Of a DNA stretch of 59,893 bases, positions 54,510-59,893 are shown in pieces. The stretch comes from a virus (taxonomy: Duplodnaviria; Heunggongvirae; Uroviricota; Caudoviricetes). How positions within the stretch are numbered: the first letter of the stretch is position 1; each line of letters begins with the position of its first letter. The translations under genes were made by a program, and so were the position numbers. The notes under the pieces are model-generated. The model was not told the origin of the DNA. It ran no database searches and saw nothing but the letters and a program-made list of their open reading frames with translations. The stretch covers positions 64,001 to 123,893 of IMG/VR virus record IMGVR_UViG_3300011399_000001; one strand, given 5' to 3'.

Positions 54510-54806
54510 TCATACGTGTAAGGGGTTTTTCGTATTTTCAAAAAAATAATAACGACAATTCCCCCTTTCTTCCCAAGTAAGAGAATATTCATGAAACCTT
54601 CCTTCAAATGCATGTTCCATAAGTCTTTGCTGATGTACAGGGAATAACTCATCAAGGTATCTGCTATGGCTAGTTTTATCATCTTCATTTTCAGTAGCTA
54701 TACCTAACAAACATTGAGGATTGTTCGAATTTGAAGTCCAGTTTTTAATTTCTAAATTATTGTCCTTCCATACAGAAGCAAACAATAAAGCTCCTCTTTG
54801 ACACAC
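54510..54806 (-). CDS. Hypothetical protein
   Basis: Track ORF with GTG start. Confidence 0.45.
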   Translation of the reverse strand: MCQRGALLFASVWKDNNLEIKNWTSNSNNPQCLLGIATENEDDKTSHSRYLDELFPVHQQRLMEHAFEGRFHEYSLTWEERGNCRYYFFENTKNPLHV

Positions 54807-54807
54807 C

Positions 54808-54996
54808 TTACAAGGTTTCTTTTTTCTTGCTGTATTTCTTTAAAATACGTTGTAAATCTCCTGTTTCAAGGAATGGGACATCGTATGCTAACATTACTAA
54901 ATTTTCGGCCTTTATTCTCTTAGCTTCTATATGCTTAAGAACATCCTTTAAGATTTCAATTCTCTTTTGTTCAATTGTTTTTTCTTTGGTTTTCAT
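54808..54996 (-). CDS. Hypothetical protein
   Basis: Track ORF. Confidence 0.5.
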   Translation of the reverse strand: MKTKEKTIEQKRIEILKDVLKHIEAKRIKAENLVMLAYDVPFLETGDLQRILKKYSKKKETL

Positions 54997-55002
54997 TGTT
55001 TT

Positions 55003-55608
55003 CTATGTTTTAGTTCTCCAACTCCAATGTTTTTCTTTTACAAATTCATATATATTTTTAACATCAGGACGATATTCCCAATGCCACCTCTCTTTTTTCA
55101 CAGTTCTAACAAATCCATAATGAATAGCGTTATTTTTAAGCCATTTAAACACCTCTTCATCATAAGTGTTAAAATCAAATGCTATTCCTTTTTGATGTGC
55201 ACTAAAGCCTGGTTTTGCTGTAATTGGTCTAAACCATTTACTATCAGCATGTAATAGGAAAGCACTATCATATTCCTTATTCTTTCTACGTATATTCTTA
55301 GCTCTTATATCAAGCTGTTCTTCAAATGTCCTGTAGGAAGAGTTTATTTTAATCTCCACACTATCAGACATTGCTGAGTCCAACATCATTATTAAAATTG
55401 TATACATTTCATGTGTCACTTTGACATCTCCTTCGAATATGTATACAGTTGTTGAATCTACTACCAGCCCATTATCATACAGGGGATAATATTGCTGTTT
55501 AGGGGGTGTAAATTCGTTGTAAAATTCGAAATTTGCCTCTAACAGAGGACTTTTTGCTATACTAACCGTGGTTAGAAATAAAATACATAACATCCATAGT
55601 TTTTTCAT
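55003..55608 (-). CDS. Peptidase M15 (VanY/D,D-carboxypeptidase-like) with signal peptide
   Basis: INSSYRTFEEQ, AKPGFSAHQKGIAFDF (SxHxxGxAxD), ERWHWEY (ExWH); N-terminal MKKLWMLCILFLTTVSIA. Confidence 0.88.
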   Translation of the reverse strand: MKKLWMLCILFLTTVSIAKSPLLEANFEFYNEFTPPKQQYYPLYDNGLVVDSTTVYIFEGDVKVTHEMYTILIMMLDSAMSDSVEIKINSSYRTFEEQLDIRAKNIRRKNKEYDSAFLLHADSKWFRPITAKPGFSAHQKGIAFDFNTYDEEVFKWLKNNAIHYGFVRTVKKERWHWEYRPDVKNIYEFVKEKHWSWRTKT

Positions 55609-55738
55609 ATGAGTTTATTTGGTGAAACATAGGAGCAAATAGAAGGTAAAGGTACGAAATAAATTTCTCTATTCCAAACTCCTTACCTCCTACAAAACCT
55701 TCAAATTGCTCCATTTAAGTGCATTCTAATGAGGACAG

Positions 55739-55996
55739 TTATAAACTTATAAGCTCCTCAACTTCCTCTTCTATTGTTTTCTCAGGCTCTGGTATTCTAA
55801 ACCTTCTAGCTGCAAAGTATTGATAGGGGAGTTCATCAGCCCCCAACTCAATTTCAGCCAGTTTAAAGCCTAAAAGTCCTCCTTGAGGATTGCATTTAAT
55901 GACCTCCAGCACTGTATACTCATTCTCTTCAATTAGCCATTTAGAGAGAGGTATTATATTTGGTCGATCTTTGGCATCTATACATATAACAGTTAT
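55739..55996 (-). CDS. 85-aa phage protein with ATA at the start position
   Basis: taATA ACT GTT ATA TGT ATA GAT = (M)TVICIDAKDRPNIIP...PYQYFAARRF; missed by the track. Confidence 0.6.
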   Translation of the reverse strand: MTVICIDAKDRPNIIPLSKWLIEENEYTVLEVIKCNPQGGLLGFKLAEIELGADELPYQYFAARRFRIPEPEKTIEEEVEELISL

Positions 55997-56905
55997 TAGT
56001 TTCCTCTTTTATTAAGGTCTAGTGATAGGTCTTTGGCTGCTTTCATAGACATCATTTCCATAAATTGTAATGCGTTTGAACCACTTCCAGAGCTGTTACC
56101 TGTTTGAATTTGAGGTACTAAATTATCTTGAAATTTACCAAATGCTTCCCATTGGTATTGTTGTGAAGTAGTCCAAGCTTTTAATTTTTGTTCTAAAGCA
56201 CCATCTGCTAATAAAACCGTCTTCTTCTTATAAGCATCAGCATCTGCCAAAATTCTTGTTCTTTGTGCTTCCAATCCAGCAGATTCTACATTTATTTTCT
56301 GCTCTAGTTTATTTTGCTCTGCTACAGCTACTTTGGTTTGAGCAGCTACCACTTGTTTAGTTTGTTCTTGTTTTTGTTGATACTCAATCTCTACTAGAGC
56401 TTGTTCTCCCTTAGCCTTAGCTGTTAGTGTCTGTTGTTGTGCTGTCATCAGCTCTTGCTTAGAAATTGAGCTTTTTGTCACAGCATCAATAATTTTAACA
56501 AGTTTTTCATCAACTTTGTCTTCATAGTCAACATCTGTAATAGCGGCATCAGCAACGGTAATACCGTATTCTTTGATAGAGGAGGTTTTGCGCTTGGGGA
56601 TTTTAGTTTTAGGGTCTAGTTGAATTTCTGTTTGATATACTCTCTTCCTTTCTTTTTCTAAAGAGTCGTATATTAAATTTTCTTCTGTAGCTAATAGAAA
56701 CACCCCTCTTTAAGTTGATCTAAAAAATCCTGTGCCATTTGGGCTGTACAATTTGTTCTCCATTTGGTCTTTATACTACTGTACGATTACCTGCATCATT
56801 CCATGAGAAGGGATTTACAAATGAAAAAGCTATTAGAGCCACTACAACTAGAATAGCTATAATTCCATACTTCTTTAATTTTGGTGTAATTTCAACGTTT
56901 TCCAT
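55996..56905 (-). pseudogene. SPFH/band-7/flotillin-like membrane protein with several lesions
   Basis: N-terminal TM (MENVEITPKLKKYGIIAILVVV...), TAA at 56771-73, frame change and probable internal deletion, G4 frameshift at 56703-06, then YGITVADAAITDVDY plus an Ala/Gln coiled coil. Confidence 0.75.
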
Positions 56906-57008
56906 GTTTTTTAGTTTTTGTTTGTTTTAAATCTTTTACTACATATATTATACCTGCTACAATAGCAACCACTATTAATATACGTACAATTATTATAATT
57001 AGTACCAT
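56892..57008 (-). CDS. Small single-TM protein (38 aa)
   Basis: Read manually: MVLIIIIVRILIVVAIVAGIIYVVKDLKQTKTKKHGKR. Confidence 0.5.
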   Translation of the reverse strand: MVLIIIIVRILIVVAIVAGIIYVVKDLKQTKTKKHGKR

Positions 57009-57014
57009 TTTGTA

Positions 57015-57254
57015 TTATTTTGATGTTAACATTAATATAAAATTAGCTCCTATTCCTACCATTGACAACCATCCTAACAATATATGTATATTGAAAGAGG
57101 AAATAATACATATTACCCCCATAGATACAGCAGCAGCAAAATAGCTTAATTGTGTAGAATGTGTTTCATATAAGGTGGTATCGGGAGAATATTGCATAAA
57201 CATTATATCAAAGCATACAAATCCAAGAGCCGATATTACAAATATTGTTATCAT
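57015..57254 (-). CDS. Small membrane protein
   Basis: Hydrophobic track ORF. Confidence 0.5.
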   Translation of the reverse strand: MITIFVISALGFVCFDIMFMQYSPDTTLYETHSTQLSYFAAAVSMGVICIISSFNIHILLGWLSMVGIGANFILMLTSK

Positions 57255-57454
57255 TTTATTGTATCTCCTAAATGGTAATAATTCAAGCTTGTAGTATAAA
57301 ATGTAAAGGATTGATTATTTTGATTTTCTACAAATATTCTTTCTCTTTTTGAATTTGCCTCAATCGTTATTACTTTACAAGGACATTCCACACCATAATA
57401 TGTACAAGAACATAACATCATTCCTATAATCAAAGTTATTATTTTAGTTTTCAT
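57251..57454 (-). CDS. Small lipoprotein
   Basis: True start MKTKIITLIIGMMLCSC (lipobox). Confidence 0.55.
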   Translation of the reverse strand: MKTKIITLIIGMMLCSCTYYGVECPCKVITIEANSKRERIFVENQNNQSFTFYTTSLNYYHLGDTIK

Positions 57455-57878
57455 TTTCAATTGTTGTAAATTTATGTGTTTCCAAGGGTTCTGGAAGATT
57501 GTTGTTAAATGCCTCCATTTTCCATTCTTCATATTCATCATAACCAAAAGGAATTTCATACACCCTTAGTTCAATTTCTCCCCAAGAACGTCTTTCATCC
57601 TCTGCTTTTTCTACTTGTTCTATAATTGCTCCTCCATCCAATAACTGCTCCTCTGCATTCATGGGAGTGGCTCCCTTTATTCCTAATAGAGTTTTCATAA
57701 AAGAAGTGCCTGCTTTGTTAAGCTCTAATTTTACATTCTTTTTGATAGTTTCTACTTGTGAAGGAGAATAGCCATAGATCTTGGGATGTTTTAATGAAAG
57801 TGTGCCAAAAGTGTCAGCTCTAAATCCTTTAAGTTCTCCATTTACAAATGTAGCAAATACACACTTCTTGTCTTCCAT
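57444..57878 (-). CDS. Hypothetical protein
   Basis: Track ORF. Confidence 0.6.
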   Translation of the reverse strand: MEDKKCVFATFVNGELKGFRADTFGTLSLKHPKIYGYSPSQVETIKKNVKLELNKAGTSFMKTLLGIKGATPMNAEEQLLDGGAIIEQVEKAEDERRSWGEIELRVYEIPFGYDEYEEWKMEAFNNNLPEPLETHKFTTIENEN

Positions 57879-57880
57879 AT

Positions 57881-58009
57881 TTAGCGTTTACCTGTAAAAT
57901 CATGTACCATTATTTGCTCCTTAAAAGGGGCTTTAGGAAGTCTATTTATCATAAACTTCACTCTGTAGTCATTTCTTCCTATGACTTTGTAAAAATCTTT
58001 CTTTGCCAT
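57881..58009 (-). CDS. Small hypothetical protein (42 aa)
   Basis: Read manually: MAKKDFYKVIGRNDYRVKFMINRLPKAPFKEQIMVHDFTGKR. Confidence 0.4.
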   Translation of the reverse strand: MAKKDFYKVIGRNDYRVKFMINRLPKAPFKEQIMVHDFTGKR

Positions 58010-58015
58010 AATTGT

Positions 58016-58273
58016 TTAGTCATCATCGTCTTCAATATTTCCTTTAATTATTCCTTTTCTCCTTAAATATGTGAATATTGCTGCTAATAGCAGGAATATT
58101 ATAAATATTAATGTATAATTATTCATAAAAAGATGGCTGGTGTTCTCGTTTGGTTTTATTTCTATTATACAGGGAGCCCCCTGCTTATATAGGCCATTTG
58201 CCCCACACCAAAGGATAAGGCTTTTTGGATTATCATACTTATAACAAAATCCTAACATTATAAGCTTTACCAC
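58016..58273 (-). CDS. Hypothetical protein with C-terminal TM
   Basis: Track ORF; start ambiguous (see findings). Confidence 0.4.
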   Translation of the reverse strand: MVKLIMLGFCYKYDNPKSLILWCGANGLYKQGAPCIIEIKPNENTSHLFMNNYTLIFIIFLLLAAIFTYLRRKGIIKGNIEDDDD

Positions 58274-58283
58274 CTCTTTTTCA

Positions 58284-58625
58284 TTAAATATGTACTAATT
58301 CAAGGGTTTTGCTTTCACTTAACACTCTGTATGCTTCTCTAATTCCTATTTTCTCTATAATACTCATAGGAATATCAATTTCAAATGAAATAGGGGTAAT
58401 AATATGTCTTTTGTCAAATTTATTTGCTAACAAACGAGCTTCTTCAGGAAGAGCTATTTTGAAATTTTTCCATTGCATTGTAAAACAGTTAGTATCCGTA
58501 CCATATACCATACAGCTCTCAAATATTTCCTGGCAAGCTCTAGCTATTAAACATGAGGTCACTTGAAGTTCACATCCTTTAGATGCATTAATTGTTTCTT
58601 GTGTGATTTTTACGAGAATTTTCAT
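58284..58625 (-). CDS. Hypothetical protein
   Basis: I.V.ITQE.I...C..ARA...LPEEA...FD motif. Confidence 0.6.
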   Translation of the reverse strand: MKILVKITQETINASKGCELQVTSCLIARACQEIFESCMVYGTDTNCFTMQWKNFKIALPEEARLLANKFDKRHIITPISFEIDIPMSIIEKIGIREAYRVLSESKTLELVHI

Positions 58626-58637
58626 AATTTTAATTGT

Positions 58638-58850
58638 TTAGTCCTCTAAAACAGAGAATGTTGGTGATAATTGGGCTTTTATACATAATACAGCCTCTTT
58701 AGCATTATCTCCATGAAGGTACATTATTCTATTTTTTCCAGAATAGGAGGTGGTACATCCATAATAATTGGCTAAAGCAATAACATCCTTTTTCATTGTC
58801 TCAGGGGTTTTAAATTGTTTTGTCATATTAAATTGTCTCTTATTATACAA
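58638..58850 (-). CDS. Hypothetical protein
   Basis: Track ORF. Confidence 0.5.
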   Translation of the reverse strand: MYNKRQFNMTKQFKTPETMKKDVIALANYYGCTTSYSGKNRIMYLHGDNAKEAVLCIKAQLSPTFSVLED

Positions 58851-59155
58851 GCTAATTCATAATTCTCTTCATCCACAGCCTCCTTTAGAGAGCTATAGTC
58901 AATTTTGGCAAAATGTTTAGAATTTGTCCACATTAGTCCATTTGCATGATGTCTTTTTCCACAACTACATGCTATTTTACCAGAGCTATCTGGAGATACA
59001 GGATAACCTAAGTTAATCATTTGATGACCGTCTGTTGGACAATACCTTACATCCTTTACAACATATATCTCTCCCTTCTTCCTTGGTTGAGCTAATTCGT
59101 CTTTAGGAGAAGTAATAGCTACTACTTTCTCTCCAATTGAAAATCTATTTTCCAT
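58823..59155 (-). CDS. Hypothetical protein with C-terminal UVR-like motif
   Basis: F.IGEKVV...CP...CSCG...EAVDEENYELACIIRD. Confidence 0.55.
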   Translation of the reverse strand: MENRFSIGEKVVAITSPKDELAQPRKKGEIYVVKDVRYCPTDGHQMINLGYPVSPDSSGKIACSCGKRHHANGLMWTNSKHFAKIDYSSLKEAVDEENYELACIIRDNLI

Positions 59156-59156
59156 A

Positions 59157-59582
59157 TTAAAATCTGAATATCCTTTTTATCTTATCTATAAACGAAAGAG
59201 GAGCTTTTATAAATTTAACTAATTCTTCATTTAGTTCATAATTATTTTCTTTAGCATTTTTAGAAATAAATACCTCTATCGGGCTCCAATATGATAATTG
59301 TCTGTCCCCTTTATATTTTTTAGGAGGACCATTTAATTCAGCATTGTCACACAGTGCTTCTCCAGGCATAGCTTTATATACTTTACTACAAGAGTTTTCA
59401 ATGAGAAACTGAGCTCTCTCGGAAAAACAGTCACCTGTCATTTGTCCATAAACACAACCTGTTCTACTTTCTGAATATAGAACTCTGAACTCTAATCTAT
59501 TTATTTCTTCCTTTTTTGCATATTTTCTTAGATTTTTAGCTTCTTCTAATACAAGAGGTGGGAAAATTTTTTCTGGTTTCAT
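59157..59582 (-). CDS. Hypothetical protein
   Basis: Track ORF; CVYGQMTG.C motif. Confidence 0.6.
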   Translation of the reverse strand: MKPEKIFPPLVLEEAKNLRKYAKKEEINRLEFRVLYSESRTGCVYGQMTGDCFSERAQFLIENSCSKVYKAMPGEALCDNAELNGPPKKYKGDRQLSYWSPIEVFISKNAKENNYELNEELVKFIKAPLSFIDKIKRIFRF

Positions 59583-59893
59583 ATAATATGTGTTATAATT
59601 GAATAAACAATAACAAATAATGGGAATGGAACTAATAATAGTCCTAATATTCTATCTCTTTTCATGTCTTTTGTTGGTTTATATGTATCATTCTTACCAA
59701 ATGTTGTTTTAAATAAAGGGGAGCTTTTCCATTCTTTATTTCCTGTTTGTAGGCTCTTTTAGCCACCCTGAAGGCATGTGTATCTATTATTTTCATAATT
59801 CTTCATTTGGTTCGTTTGTATCAATTTTAGTTAATTCCACTTTAGAAGCTCTTCTTTCTTTACGTCTTTCAAAATAATGGTAATATTTTTCTC

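Noticed and set aside
54335-54688. Track ORF of 117 aa on the minus strand
   Set aside because: Overlaps another ORF and runs through a strong terminator hairpin (54408-54443) up to a promoter; probably spurious.
461-58566. Numerous short antisense or nested track ORFs (e.g. 461, 1199, 6500, 6794, 11226, 20871, 35568, 47411, 58309)
   Set aside because: They lie opposite well-supported genes and show the Ser/Phe/Leu/Ile bias of reverse-complemented coding sequence.
1-59893. Genome-wide stop-codon reassignment (as in some crAss-like phages), suggested by the TGA at a Gly position
   Set aside because: Long core genes are open under code 11; many genes end in TGA with tight ATGA coupling or in TAG. 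The in-frame stops are mixed (TGA and TAA) and isolated.
1-59893. CRISPR array, tRNA or rRNA genes
   Set aside because: No regularly spaced repeats or cloverleaf-like segments found by eye; intergenic gaps are short and explained by promoters and terminators.

Overview
About 60 kb of an AT-rich, densely packed double-stranded DNA phage genome, most likely a large crAss-like-type phage of a Bacteroidota host. The host inference rests on repeated TTG-N20-TAnnTTTG promoters and A-rich leaders without Shine-Dalgarno motifs. Two convergent modules meet at a bidirectional terminator near 17.8 kb. The + strand (1-17.8 kb) carries virion, tail-fibre and lysis genes. It also holds an embedded glycosylation cassette: a DxD glycosyltransferase, two paralogous RgpF-like proteins, a GT2 and an RmlD-like reductase fused to an NDP-sugar C-methyltransferase. 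A DUF3494 ice-binding protein sits in the same region. The - strand (17.8-59.9 kb) carries replication, recombination and nucleotide-metabolism genes (PolB, SF4 helicase, primase, RecA, class II-type RNR, ThyX, two MazG-like proteins, DUF5664-HAD fusion, atypical UDG, rIIA/rIIB) and many small accessory genes. Free-standing homing endonucleases are mostly on the - strand, with one on the + strand. Best candidate for an undescribed system: a phage-encoded virion glycosylation and display system, in which short anchor modules occur both alone (two with Thr-rich tails) and fused to cargo domains next to sugar-building and transfer enzymes. Several accessory genes carry single stops or single-base homopolymer frameshifts while core genes look intact; this may be real decay, recoding or sequencing error. 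All family assignments come from motif recognition by eye; no database search was run.
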